From contig NC_092401.1 of NCBI RefSeq assembly GCF_030028105.1, forward strand, positions 8,714,984 through 8,778,983: DNA of 64,000 nt, read 5' to 3'. The position numbers were made by a program, and so were the translations under genes. Below, piece by piece: positions 24,045-36,296 of this stretch (the first letter of the stretch is position 1; each line of letters starts with the position of its first letter). Below the pieces are notes generated by a model. That model ran no database searches and had not been told where the DNA came from. It was given only the letters and a program-made list of their open reading frames with translations. Origin of the DNA: Mobula birostris (taxonomy: Eukaryota).

Positions 24045-24508
24045 GGCAGCTGTGGAGGTTAAATCTTTATGTCTATTTTGGAGCGGGAAGCGCAGAATCA
24101 AATATCGCTGTGATGATTGTACGTTCCAGTATCAATTGTTTGGCGACAATAAAGTATAAAGTATTTAAGGCAGAGGTTGATAGATTCTTGATTGGTTAGA
24201 GCATGAAGGGATATGGGAGGAAGACAGGAGATTGGGGCTGAGAGGAAAAATGGATCAGCTGTGATAAAATGACAGAACAAATTTGATGGGCCAAATAGCC
24301 TATTTGGCTGCTCATTTGTCTTATAATCTAAGTATTCAGGGCTCTGCTTTGCCAGGTCATAGGCATCTCCAATACTCATCTTTAAAGGAAGGAGTTTCCT
24401 TCAGGAGACTTTTGTTTAGATCAAAATATTTGAATATAAAAATTCCAAAATGACGTTCCCAAGTTAATAATAGTCACAGAGTCTGCATTATAAAAATAAT
24501 AAGAGCTA

Positions 24509-24514
24509 TTTATT
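24509..24514 (-). terminator. Candidate polyadenylation signal of IL27RA
   Basis: AATAAA on the minus strand about 780 nt after the stop codon, near the end of the unique sequence before the CR1 begins. Confidence 0.45.
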
Positions 24515-25291
24515 GGGAGAACATCAAGTTCATTCGAAAGTCTTATTTATGACTGTCTAATATGGCTTTATAACATCAAACCATTGAAAAGCTGCTGGTG
24601 AATTGGAGGCACCCAGTTCCTTGGGATCCCAGTATTAGTAGAGAGCAGAGTGAGTGAGGAACAACTTGAGTGATCCTGAGCTTTCACAGTACAGTGCATT
24701 CATGATATTGTTACATGGAGCAGCAACAGTCGGAACTTACTGCCATGAGTAAACATATTGGATGTTGTGCAGGTCGAGCAATTTCTTCATCAAAAGGATA
24801 GGCCATGTTTGACATGACTCTGAGGAACTAACAAATCCATGAACAACTTAAAGAAGGATTGAATTCTCCATTTGCCTCTCAATGCCCAGAGGTAGAAATA
24901 GGTAAGGCTAGACAACGGGGCTCTGGTGAAGTTGTGTAGACCAATCCCCTGTACATTGGATGCAATGGATTACAGAAACATTGATGAACTCCAGCCGACT
25001 TTGTTTGAAGGAGACAAAGAAGTGTACAATGATATATGCTCCACTGGAGTTAAGAGCCCAAGACCAATTCTTCATTTGGAGAATCAAGTTGTTTTCTGTT
25101 GAAGCCTGAGTTGAATAGGTTCCAAGGCTTCCTTCACCAGTCACATTCACTTTCTATGATTAGATTGATTAAAGTTATCTCTTCAGGAATGCCAAAGCTA
25201 GCAGTAATGCACAATGCTCAGAACAAGATGTTGAAATTCTGTGGTAGCTTGGATGCATTTTAGTTACCCCAGCTATTTTGAAGGTTCATTG

Positions 25292-25657
25292 TTAGTGTTC
25301 CTCCAAACCCAGCCACTGCTCTTTTCTGTCTAATTGCCATTCATCTTCAAGCAGTTCTTCTGGCGATGGCACATAGTGTTTCTCATAGCCAGAGGTGATG
25401 CAGGCTCTTCCTGGTATTTTTGTGCTGACTGGCTTTTCTTCAGGTTGTATATCCTGACCAGTGCAGGTGTGTGGAGAGTTTTCTCCATTCTGAGTTGGTA
25501 TGTTTTTCAGTAACAGATCGTCGGTGTCTAAGCTGTTGGTTTCTCTCAGAGTAAAGCTGTTGCTAGTTGTTTGGGGAACCAGTGTCACAGTCTCTTCCAC
25601 TTTAACAACTTCTGGATCATTCTCAATCATTCCAAAATGGTCTGGAGTGATAAGATT
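25292..25657 (-). CDS. IL27RA: IL-27 receptor alpha, last coding exon (box2 and STAT-docking motif)
   Basis: Acceptor tctactttcag; phase 0; NLITPDHF..DPEVVKVEE..SGYEKHYVPSPEELL..LEEH-stop. Human IL27RA has LPILEVEE and DSGYEKHFLPTPEEL. Confidence 0.88.
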   Translation of the reverse strand, partial: NLITPDHFGMIENDPEVVKVEETVTLVPQTTSNSFTLRETNSLDTDDLLLKNIPTQNGENSPHTCTGQDIQPEEKPVSTKIPGRACITSGYEKHYVPSPEELLEDEWQLDRKEQWLGLEEH

Positions 25658-26444
25658 CTGAAAGTAGATGCAGAGTATTGCAGAGTTAGTATTGGGTTCA
25701 AAGGTAATTTGGTCTCCCATGGAAAATGCATCCTTATTAGCTCAAGCTTTATTCCCCCCTTAATATTCTCCCAACCGTGGTCCCAAACTTGCATATTTCT
25801 TCACCTTCAATCTTCTCTCACCTTATTGGCTCTCTCAACTCTGTTCTCACCAAAATGCTCACTATCAGGTTTACTTCCTAGTTCTCTGTCTAACTCAACT
25901 CCACATCTGGGTCATTATCACTATCTTAAAAAATCTAATTTTTGACACTATCATCTTAGAAAATCACCTCCCCATCTTCATCCTCTCTTCCCTCTCTAAA
26001 GTCCTTGAATATGTTAATGCCCCTCTTAATTCATGTCCCTCTTAACCAGAACTCCTGTTGAATTCCAGACACAAGAGGTATTGCAAATGCTGGAGCAATA
26101 CGAAGAATGTGCTGGAGGAACTCAGCAGATCAGGCAGCATCTATGGATGGGAATAAACAGTTGATGTTTTGGGCCGAGATGAAGGGTTTCAGTCCTGTTG
26201 AAGGGTCTCAGCCTGAAATGTGGGCAATGGATCACACCATCTTCCTCCAAACCACTCCACTGTTTTCCACTCATTCAGGGACTGGCTTCGTTGTTCAGCT
26301 CAGCATAATTCTACCTTCCGAATTCGACCTAGCATTCAGCCATTTCATATAATGAATATTTTCAGTATTTTATGTTAGATTTCCAGCAGTTGTTCCACAT
26401 TCCCTCAGTAACATTTTAGAAACCATTTTATATTTGTATAAATA

Positions 26445-27106
26445 CATGGCTACAAAGGTTGATAGGTGGTTAAGAAAGTTTATGGAATGCTTGCTTTTAT
26501 TCGTCGAGGCATTGAGTTCAAAAGTAATGAGGATATGTTGCAACTTTACAGAACTCTGGTTAGGCCACATCTGGAGTGTTGCATACAGTTCTGGTTGCTC
26601 CACTATTAGAAGGATGCTGAAACTTTGGAGATGATGCAGAAGAGGTTTGCCAGGATGTTGGCTTGTTTAGAAGGCATGTGCTATCACGAGAGGTTGGATA
26701 AACTTGGGTTGTTTTCTCTTGAGCAGTAGAAACTGAGGGGAGATCTGATAGCGGTTTATAAGATTATGAGAGACATACATAGAGGAGTATCTTTCTCTCA
26801 GGGTAGAAGTGTCTAATACCAGAGAGCATGCATTGAAGATGAGAGGAGTAGGTTCAAGGGGAATGTGAGCGGTAAGGTTTTACTCAGAGAGTGCTCTGCC
26901 TGGTATGGTGGTAGAGGCAAATACATTAGAGGCTTTTAAGAGATGTTTAGACAGGCACATGAATATGAGGAAGAAGGAGAAATATGGACATTGTGTAGGT
27001 AGGAGGGATTCATTTTTGGGTTTTTTAAAATTTACTTTTTAGCTGGTTTGGCACAACATTGAGGGATGAAGGGCCTATTCCTGTGTTGGACTGTTCTGTG
27101 TTCTAT
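26445..27106 (+). mobile_element. CR1 LINE 3' fragment
   Basis: Decayed RPHLE..QFW, LRGDLI.VYKIM remnants and ctgttctgtgttctat tail. Confidence 0.75.
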
Positions 27107-27419
27107 ATATGCAAGACTTCTGTTATCTTATGCATTTGACCTTTAATCTCTCCCAGAGCCCACCCTATTCCAGGAAATTATAGCTGAAGAAGAGCAATGT
27201 GCCAAAAATGGTTTCAGGTTAGTACCATTTTCCAGTATTTGGTCCTTAGCCGAAATAGTATTAGCATAACAGCCATTTATAATGTTAGGTTGTGTGTAGT
27301 TTATCATTGATTCGACAGTGTTTCTTCCTACTTATTGTGAATGCCTGCAAGAAAATGAATCTCGTTGTAGTATATGGTGATATGTATGTAGTTTGATAAT
27401 AAGCTCATTTTAACTCTGC

Positions 27420-27680
27420 CATGTACCGTCCCCACCCCAGCTGCGGAAGGAGGAGAGTTGGGCCTGGGGCTAGCAACCCCATCTCATAAAAACGCAAAGC
27501 TACAGAAACCATAAACAGAAGCTCCAAAGGCCTCATCCCTGGGAGAAGAAGGATACACCAAGAAGATGGGCTATGCCTGGAAGCAAGATGAAAGAATGGC
27601 CTGGGACTGAGGACCCGGGTGAGCTACTGTTGGCAGCCTTTTCCCCAGTAGGAGTGATTGGCTTCAGAAGGAGAAGAAAC
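27420..27680 (+). mobile_element. Short non-autonomous RTE-derived (bipartite) element
   Basis: 5' part ggagagttgggcctggggctagcaaccccatctcataaaa..ctacagaaac like an RTE 5'UTR, joined to an RTE ORF-end remnant and a GAA-rich tail. Confidence 0.5.
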
Positions 27681-27736
27681 TTACTTTGAACACTTAAGTT
27701 TTTTGGTTCCTTTCTTCCCAACTTACTTTCTTTTCA

Positions 27737-27837
27737 AGCAACACACTTCAAAGTTGCTGGTGAACGCAGCAGGCCAGGCAGCATCTCTAGGAAGAGGTAC
27801 AGTCGACGTTTCAGGCCGAGACCCTTCGTCAGGACTC
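27737..27837 (-). mobile_element. About 100-nt Penelope pLTR insertion consisting of a hammerhead ribozyme plus 3' flank
   Basis: Near-identical to 22646-22747; flanked by tcttttca at 27729-27736 and 27838-27845 (candidate TSD). Confidence 0.75.
27801..27836 (-). ncRNA. Minimal type I hammerhead ribozyme, sense to the IL27RA pre-mRNA
   Basis: Minus strand reads AGTCCTGACGAAGGGTCTCGGCCTGAAACGTCGACT; intact core and GUC site. Confidence 0.8.
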
Positions 27838-29059
27838 TCTTTTCATTTAACGTTAAGTTACCTTTTGCAGATCCCAGTTCTGATGAAAACCTGATTAACT
27901 TGGGACATTGACTTTGTTCTTCTCTTTACAGATCATAAGTTTCAAGACATATTATATTTTTATATCGGACTTACAGAATCTGAAATGTTTTATTTGTCTT
28001 GGTTTTGAGATTCTTCCGTGGTTTTACCCCCTCTGTATCACAGTAATTTTGAGTCTTCTGACCTCCCTGAGTTATCTTCACTTTTACATTTTCGTTCCTT
28101 TGAGTTAATTGTTTTGTCGAAGACCCAAGCTCAAATTCCCCATGTTCACTTTACCACCCTTTACTACACTATTTTTAAAATGTACTTTTTTTTTTGACAC
28201 AGTCACTAGTTGCCTTTGCCAATTTCTCTTAAGTAGTTTTGTATCAGTATTTTTGTTTCAGAATGCTATGAGGTAACCTGGGATGATTTATTTTCTTACA
28301 GGGGCCATCTGCACACACTGCTGGAATTACTGCCTCCCTGTGCATAGAATAGAGCCCGTTTTCTCTTGCTAATATTCCCTTCCCATTTTCTTCCGAAGGT
28401 GCTCATACTCAATGAGGCGCAAGTTCCAAGGGTATCAGTTACCCACAGTTCTTAACCATGTTGTACAAAGGAGCCCAAACCTTAGGTGAGTTTCTTGCTT
28501 TTTGACAAATCCAAGACGAAATCCTGATAATACTTGGCCCTCTGTAAAAGCTTATTATGTATCTTGCCACATTGATAATGATATCAAAAGGAACTTGTAT
28601 TTTGGTAGGTGTTTCATGACCACATCTTTGAATTTGGCACCTCCCTGGATTAAAAAGATGCTTCCTTCTAATTCCAACATGCAAGAGGCTACTGGGCCCA
28701 TGGGGGTTCGTGCCTGTTCACAGCACAGCAATCACATTAATTCCATTCCGCCTCTCTTTCCTGGAATACCTACAACATATTTTCTCACACATGCCCATCA
28801 ACCCTCATTTAATTCTTTCCTTTATCCCATGCGTAGGAGAATGGGAAGATAATGGAGCACATGCCTGTAAATGGCTGTTACTGAGGACGAAAGAAGAAAA
28901 ATTCGGAGTTGGCAAAATCTTAAAAAGCCAATCTACTACCTTCTCAAGAGTAAAGGCAAAAGAAGGGTCTATAAGAACGTATTAATTTTTCCCCTATTCA
29001 TTGTTTTTATTCATTGAATCTTTAGAGGAGACTTGATTAAAACATGTTCAAGTTCTCAC

Positions 29060-29147
29060 CTGCTGGAGCCGAGTACGGATGATTTCAGGGTCTGGGATTT
29101 TCTGGCAACACCACTGAGGTATCAAGAAGGAGATAAGGCTTTTTATC
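29060..29147 (-). CDS. IL27RA: IL27RA exon, cytoplasmic box1
   Basis: Acceptor ttatttttcag, donor CAG|gtgaga; 88 nt, phase 2 to 0; (R)IKSLISFLIPQWCCQKIPDPEIIRTRLQQ with the box1 W..IPDP motif. Confidence 0.88.
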
Positions 29148-29159
29148 CTGAAAAATAAA

Positions 29160-30380
29160 TGGCAGATTTGTTCAAGAAAGGTAGTTGACATAATCCTGTG
29201 AATTACAGACCAGTGAGTCTTAGGTCAGTAGTCGGCAAACTATTGGAGAGGATTCTCAGACAGGACTTATGAGCATTGGAGGAGCATAGACTGTATTAGG
29301 TTTCATCAGCATTGCTTTGTGAAAGGTAGGCCGTGCCTTATGAGCCTGATTGAATTCCTTGAGGAAGTGACAAAACAAATTAATGAAGGGAGAGCAGTGG
29401 ATGTGGTGTATATGGATGTTAGTAAGGAGTATTACAAGGTGCCACATTGTAGGCTTAGTTAGCAGGCAAGGGAATCAAGAGAACTTAGCAGTCTGGGTTC
29501 AAAATTGGGTTGCCTGCAGAAGGCAGAGAGTAGTAGTAGATAGGAGTGTATTCTGTGTGGTGGTCAATGACTGGTGGTGTTCCACAGGGATCTGTTCTGG
29601 GACCTTGCTGTTTATGATGTTTATAAATGATGATTGAGGAAGTGGAGGGGTGGGTTAATAATTTGTGCATAGAACAAAGATGAGAAGTGTTATGGATGAT
29701 GTAGAAGGTTGATATAGGTTACAATGGAACATTGACAGGATGCAGGGCTGGGCGGAGAAGTGGCAGATAGAGTTCAAACTGGAAAAGTGTGAATTAATAA
29801 GGTAATGAGGTAATGTTGCCATTCTATAAGGCTAGTTAGACTGCTCTGGAATACAGTGGTGTGTTCAGTTCTCATTGCCTCATTATAGGAAAGATGCGGA
29901 AGCTTTAGAGAGGATGCAGAGGAGGATGCTGCCTGGATTAGGGAGCCTGTTTTATGAGGAAAGGTTGAGTAAGCTCAGGCTTTTCCCATTGGAATGAAAG
30001 GAGGATGAACGGTGACTTGACAGAGGTGTATAGAATGATAAGAGACAAAGATATAGAAGACAATCAGCACCTTTCTCCCAGGGTAGAAAGATCTAAAACA
30101 AGAGAGCATAATATTAAGCTGATTGGAGGAAAGTATGGGCTGGATGTCAGGTAGGCTTTTTACATGGGAGTGGTGGGTGTGTGGAGCACGCTGCCAGGGT
30201 GGTGGTAGAGGCAGATACATTATGGATATTTAAGAGACTCTTAGATGGGCACAAGAATGAAAGAAGAATAAGAGGGTTATGTGGGAGGGAAGGGGTTATA
30301 ATGATTTTGGATAGATTAAAAGTCAGTGTAACATTATGGACTGAAAGGTGTGTACTGTGCTGTTATGTTCTATGTTCAGA
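29160..30380 (+). mobile_element. CR1 LINE 3' fragment with internal deletions
   Basis: NYRPVSL, LIEF.EEVTK, MFINDD, EKWQIEF remnants; tail gttctatgttc. Confidence 0.78.
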
Positions 30381-30936
30381 TTAGGTGCATCACAGCAGGA
30401 GCAAGCAATTCACCCCAACAGCCCTTTCATGCCATACCATTAGATCACAGCTGATCTGAATCTTAAATCTATCTGTTCACCTTTGTTCTTAATCCACAAA
30501 TATCCATCAACATCTGAGAATTTTATTCACCTGCACTACTGATGAAGAGCATGTTGAATTTCAAATCATCCTCTGCAACAAAGTGTTTCTTAACGTTACT
30601 CCTAAAGGATCTATCTTTAATTTGATTATACCTCTTTATTTACCTAAAGAAATAATCCACTTTATTTACATCAAAGAAGTGGATCATTAGGTCTAATTGC
30701 TTCATATTGAGTTCCTCCAGTATGAAATCCATTTTCCAACACTTGTTGTTCTATCAGCATTTGGTTTCATCATTTTCTCTCTTTTGAGTGGTGCCATATC
30801 CACCACTCTGAATTTCTATTGCTCTCCACCACATATGTCCCACACCTGCTATATCTACCCTTTTAAAAAATGAACTGCATGTTCTTATGAAAGCTGCTTC
30901 TACAATATCTCCAAGCTAATAACTCATAATCTAGAT

Positions 30937-31015
30937 CAGGGGTTCCCAACCTTTTTTATGCCATGGACTAATACCATTAAGCAGGGGTCCATGGACCCCA
31001 TTTTGGAAACCCCTA
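30937..31015. mobile_element. Small hAT-Charlie-type MITE
   Basis: TIR-like ends CAGGGGTTCCCAAC ... TTTGGAAACCCCT(A); flanks atctagat and acatagaa resemble the Charlie NTCTAGAN target. Confidence 0.6.
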
Positions 31016-32020
31016 ACATAGAAGGATTTGGATAAAGCTGACCATTCTTTCATTGCTGGGCCTTAATTCTTGAATTGCAAACTCAGTAACTTTATGGGAG
31101 CATATTCAAAAGATCAGGGCTGTACCACACTGCCATCATCTCAAGGAAAACTGGGGATGGACAATAAGTGAAGTTGTGAATAAAAGAGACTCCTCTGTCT
31201 AAGCAGTTCGCAGGTGGTTCCTCAGAGTTTAAGGTGATCATTTTAGAGAGGAGGACGCCCATGCATGAATTACTTCAATATAGGATGGCTGTTACAAACT
31301 AGTTACTACGTGATGTTCATAGAATAAGGTCACTATCCAATTGTAATGAGATTCAAGATAATTGACATTAGCCTTTGTTTAGATGGATTTTATATGCATA
31401 TATACATGGGCATATAGATAAATTTCTTGAATTTTACCAGCAGGAGTTGGGCTCTTTCCACACACATATGAACACACATATGTGCATACAAACCACTCTT
31501 GCCTGCGTTCTCATACCCTTCCTCAAGATGCCTTCTTCACCAGCTCCCAATTCCCCTTCCCCTGAGCCCCACATCCTCTCCTTTTTTCCAAATCCTCCAT
31601 TCTTTCCCTATTCCTTCCGATTCCCTGTCCTGCATTCCCCTTTCACTCCCTCCACCAACTCACTGCCGCCCCCTTGCTCTAATCACAAATACACCCTATC
31701 ATTTGCCATCTTTGTGTCTTTCACTAGCCGTATTCAATTATATTCTAACTGCATTTTCTAATAGGACGTTATCGGTATCTGCAATATCACATAATAGATG
31801 GCATCTGTGAATATTAGGTCATTAGACATGGAAGCCCACAATGCTTACATGTAAGCACTGTCACATGCATGGCCACATATTTGCATTAGGGTTGAGTTAC
31901 CTGATGCATGCAGGCTCAAATATACAAAATTCCACTAACATAAACATCTAGCTGCATTTTGAGCAACTCTTCATTAATGTCTACAACGTGTGTCTATGCA
32001 CCTGGAAGAGGTCAGCTCAC

Positions 32021-32120
32021 CTTTGGTGAAAACAGCATTTTCCACAGATAACGCAAAGGAAAATACCTGCCAAGATGACAAGTACCGGCACAATATGCTT
32101 CCAGATCGTAGTATGTGAAG
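32021..32120 (-). CDS. IL27RA: IL27RA exon, transmembrane helix
   Basis: Acceptor ctgtgtttag, donor AG|gtgagc; 100 nt, phase 1 to 2; (A)SHTTIWKHIVPVLVILAGIFLCVICGKCCFHQ. Confidence 0.88.
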
Positions 32121-32439
32121 CTAAACACAGCAGAAAAGTAATATTAGAACAGAAAAAGCTATCCCATTGTGAGAGCAGTACACTGATGACTGGATATCTT
32201 AGCATACAACTTGCTATCAATGCCTATTGTCTCTGATTTTTTCAATAGCGGCTCTCCTCAGTCAGATTATGAGTTCAATCCCCATTCCAAAAATTGAATG
32301 TATAATCCAGATGACACTGTAAGCATGGTATAGACTGCCTGCTGCACTGTTGAAGGGGTGGTAGGCAAGCTTTGTTGATGAAGGGTTGGTATTGTCAGAA
32401 AGCTAGTATAGAAGTATATTGCACAAATTCGAGAAAATA

Positions 32440-33997
32440 TCGCCCACCATCAGTAGCCTCCACGCCCAGCACATAATTCTCCATAGCTTCCACCATCTTT
32501 AATGGGGTCCCACCACCAAGCACATCTTTCCCTTCACCCCCCTTTCCACTTTCTGCAGGGAATGCTCCCTACATGACTCCCTTGTCTACTTGACCCTCCC
32601 CACTGATCTCCCTTGTGGTTCTTATCCTTGCAAGAAGAACAAATGCCACATCTGCCCCTACACCTCCTCCCTCACTACCATTCAGGGCCCCAAACAGCCC
32701 TTCCAGGTGAGGTGACAGTTGTGGGATTGAATTCAAGAGCCATGAGGCAATGTTACATAAGACCTTAGTTAGACCCCACTTGGAGTATTGAATTCAGTTC
32801 TGGTCACCTCATTACAAGAAGGATGTGGATACTACAGAGAGAGTGCAGAGGAGATTTACAAGGATGTTGCCTGGATTGGAGAGTATGCCTTATGAGAATA
32901 GGTTGAGTGAACTTGGCCTTTTCTCCTTGGAGTGACAGAGGATGAGAGGTGACCTGATAGAGGTGTATAAGATGAAGAGAGGTATTGATTGTGTGGATAG
33001 CCAGAGACTTTTTTCCAGGACTAACACGAGGGGGACATAGTTTTAAGGTGCTTGGAAATAGGTACAAGGGGGATGTCAGAAGTAAGTTTTTCACACAAGA
33101 ATGGTGGGTGCATGGAATGCACTGCCAGCGAAGGTGCTAGAGGTGGATACAATAGGGTCTTTTAAGAAACTCTTAGATAGGTACATGGAGCTTAGGAAAA
33201 TAGAGGGCTATGCGGTAGGGAAATTCTAGGCAGTTTCTAGCGTAGGTTACGTGGTCGGCACAACATTGTAGTCTGGAGGGTCTGTAATGTGCTGTAGATT
33301 TCTATGTTTCTGTGTTTCACCTGCAGTCTGTTGGGGTCATCTACTTTATCCGGTGCTTCCGGTGTGGCCTCCTGTATATCGGTGAGACCCATCATTAGAT
33401 TGGGAGACCGCTTCGCCAAGCACCCCTGCTCCATCCACCAGAAAAAACGGTATCTCCCAGTGACCACCACTATAATTCTAATTTCCATTCCCATTCCAAC
33501 TTTCAGTCCATGTCATGATGAGGCCACACTCAGACTGGAGCAGCAACACCTCATATTCCATCTGGGTAGCCTGCAACCTGATGGCATGAACATTGATTTC
33601 TCGAACTTCCGTAATTGCTTCCGCCTTTCACCATCCCCATTCCCATTTCCGTCTCTCACCTCATCTCCTTACCTGTCCATCACCTCCCTCTGGTACTCCT
33701 CCCCCTTCCCTTACTTCCATGGTGTTCTAACCTCCCCTATCAGATTCCCCCCCTTCTCCAGTTCATTATCTTTTTCACCTATCAGCTTCCCTTTACTTCA
33801 CTGCTCCTCCTCTCCCAGTTTCACCAATCACCTACCACTTCGTACTTCTTCCTCCCCTCCCCCCACCTTCTTGATCTAACTTCTCATCTTTTGTTCCAGT
33901 CCTGATGAAGGGTCTCAGCCCGAAATGTCGACTGTTTGAACTTTTCTGTAGATGCTGATTGGCCTACTGAGTTCCTCCGGCACTTTGTGTGTGTTAC
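32440..33997 (+). mobile_element. Penelope-like element fragment with GIY-YIG domain, split by a CR1 3' fragment (32718-33315)
   Basis: GVIYFIRCFRCGLLYIGET at about 33333-33390, then EATLRLEQQHLIFHLGSLQPDGMNIDFSNFR; pLTR with hammerhead at 33897-33934; the CR1 insert shows RPHLEY and RGDLIEVYK. Confidence 0.82.
33897..33934 (+). ncRNA. Minimal hammerhead ribozyme variant (stem III C>T)
   Basis: CAGTC-CTGATGA-A-GGGTCTCAGCCC-GAAAT-GTC-GACTG; core intact, stem III palindrome weakened. Confidence 0.65.
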
Positions 33998-34684
33998 AGA
34001 GGTATGTTGTTCAATTGGAGAGGCAGGACGAAGTTATGAGTGTAATATTTTGGAAGTAATGTTATGGATTAGTTTATATGAGTATAGTTAGGAATGTTGA
34101 AGTGTTATTTACATTAAAATATTAACTACATGATATACATATGTTGTAGTCAGGGAAGAAATCATACCAGGACAGAAAGAGCAAAAGGATTTTGAGACAG
34201 TATTCTTTTAAATAGTAAACATAATCACCTTTAACAGAGCTCCAAAACCAATTTCTCGTGTCCTGTGGATTTCAGCCAAGACCAGGTTTCTCACATTTCT
34301 CAGGGGAAATAAAATAAACATACTGGTTTGGCTGCAGTTGAAGGAAGAGGTGACCCTGATGCCAATACTTGTATATACTGATAAGACAGTTGTGCTAATT
34401 AATTCAATTGAAGTGGGCTTAACAGAAAAAGGTTGTCTGAGCAAAATGTACCAAGGGAAAGAATTTGTTATGTGCATTCGGGAAAGTTGTGCCAAACAAT
34501 ATGTAGATGATCCTACGGGTGTGGGTGTGGGAAACACACTCAACCCCCTAATACTCAACCTTCTATTGGGAAATAAGGCTGAGCAACTGGCTAAAGTGTC
34601 AGTGGGAAGGGCTTTGTACCAGTGAACATAATTCTTTAATTTTAAAAATACTTTCGTTGTAAGGTGGGACTTGTCCACAAGCAC

Positions 34685-34949
34685 TGTGGCATGGTATTGT
34701 AGTGATTAGTGTAACACTTTCTAGCGTCGGTGATAAAATCGGGGTTCAATTCCTGCTGCTATCTGTAAGGAGATTGTCCGTTCTCCCTGTCACCACGTGG
34801 GTTTCTGCCAGCTGCTCCGGTTTCCTCCCACATTCCAAAGAAGTATGAGTTAGTAAATTGAGGCATGTTGGGGCTGGAAGTATGGCAACACTTGCGGGAT
34901 GCCCCCAGCGCATATTAGACTGTGTTGGTTGTTGAAGCAAACAACGCAT
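34685..34949 (+). mobile_element. V-SINE running into the assembly gap
   Basis: GGGTTCAATTCC B box; V-domain tgctccggtttcctcccacattccaaaga. Confidence 0.7.
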
Positions 34950-35114
34950 NNNNNNNNNNNNNNNNNNNNNNNNNNNNNNNNNNNNNNNNNNNNNNNNNNN
35001 NNNNNNNNNNNNNNNNNNNNNNNNNNNNNNNNNNNNNNNNNNNNNNNNNNNNNNNNNNNNNNNNNNNNNNNNNNNNNNNNNNNNNNNNNNNNNNNNNNNN
35101 NNNNNNNNNNNNNN
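34950..35114. other. Assembly gap (165 N)
   Basis: Run of N. Confidence 1.
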
Positions 35115-36158
35115 CCCCTTAAATCTTTATCTTTAAAATGTTGAAGTCCAGTATGTACTGCTGTTTCCATATATGTCTGACAAATAAAGCTAATCTTTAA
35201 ATCTTTATTTTTAAAAATTTAGTATCCTAAACTGGAGCTTGGCTTATTATGATAATACTCATGACAGCAAAAAGGAGTGGCTGATTCGGAGAGACTTTTG
35301 GCATATGAAGTGGCATCTGGCAAGTGGGAAGTGAGGTAGGGAGAATCCAGAGCCAATATGTGCCTGTCAGAGGGAAGGGTAAGGCTGGCAGGATTAAGGA
35401 ACACTGGATGATTAGAGATTCAGAGACTGTGGTCAGGAGGGAGGAGGTATATGTCAGGGATATGAATTTATGATCAAGTGAATCCCGTAAGGAGCATAAT
35501 GGATGTAGGTGTACACCTAAAAGGGAAATCAGGAGTGCAGAACAAGGACATGACAGATGAGATAAAGGAGAATCCTAAGAAATTCTGTAGTAATATTAAG
35601 AACAAAAGGGAAACTCGGGAGATAATAGGTCCCCTTATGGATCGCTGTGGTTGTCAATGCGTGGAGGCACTGGAAATGGATGAGGTCTTAAATGAATGCT
35701 TCTCATCGGTACATTTCTCTTGGAGGAGGTCAAGGAAGCTAGGTAATTCAGGAATGGGAATAGTGATGCCCTAAATCATATTCACATTAAAAAAGAGGAG
35801 GTATTGGTGATCTTAAACACGTAAAGGTAGATAGCCACCTGAATCTAATTAAGTGTATCCTAGCACATTGTGGAAAGCCAGGGAAGAAATTTCTGGGGTT
35901 CTCGCAGAGATGTTTGTATCATCATTTTCCATGGGTGAGGTATAGGGAGACCGGATGGGCAAGGGTTCTAATGCTGTGCTTTGTTTAAAAAAGACTGCAA
36001 GGACACACCAGGAAGTTACAGGTCAGTGTCTAACATCAGTGGTGGGAAGGTTTCTGACAGGGATTCTTAGAGACAGTATCTATTTGGAAAGGCAAGGGCA
36101 AATTGCACATGGCTTTGTGCATGGGAAATTATCTGCTCAAGCACCTGTCCAACATTAC

Positions 36159-36296
36159 CTTGTGTCTTCAATTTGAGGCGTAATCCACTTTTGCCCTCCC
36201 CTTTGATAGTGGAAGCTGTCATCCAAATCTCATAGGTACTTGCTGGCTCCAAATTCGATAGTATGAAACTGTGTAATGCAGAACTTATATTGAGGG
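36159..36296 (-). CDS. IL27RA: IL27RA exon, second half of the membrane-proximal FN3 domain
   Basis: Acceptor tttctcatag, donor G|gtaatg; 138 nt, phase 1 to 1; (A)LNISSALHSFILSNLEPASTYEIWMTASTIKGEGKSGLRLKLKTQ (human IL27RA ELWVTASTIAGQGPPGPILRLHL). Confidence 0.9.

Larger units (their letters stand above)
19510..24328 (+). mobile_element. Degenerate CR1 LINE carrying nested hAT, Penelope-like and MITE insertions
   Basis: APE and RT remnants ([36 protein letters not shown] at about 22805, RGDLIETY); 3' tail near 24320. Confidence 0.85.

Noticed and set aside
34850-35170. ORFs containing X runs
   Set aside because: They span the assembly gap; the IL27RA exon phases on both sides join without needing an exon there.
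36067-36158. Intron read-through giving a soluble IL27RA isoform
   Set aside because: The frame stays open for about 30 codons into CR1-derived sequence, but I see no nearby poly(A) signal or other support.
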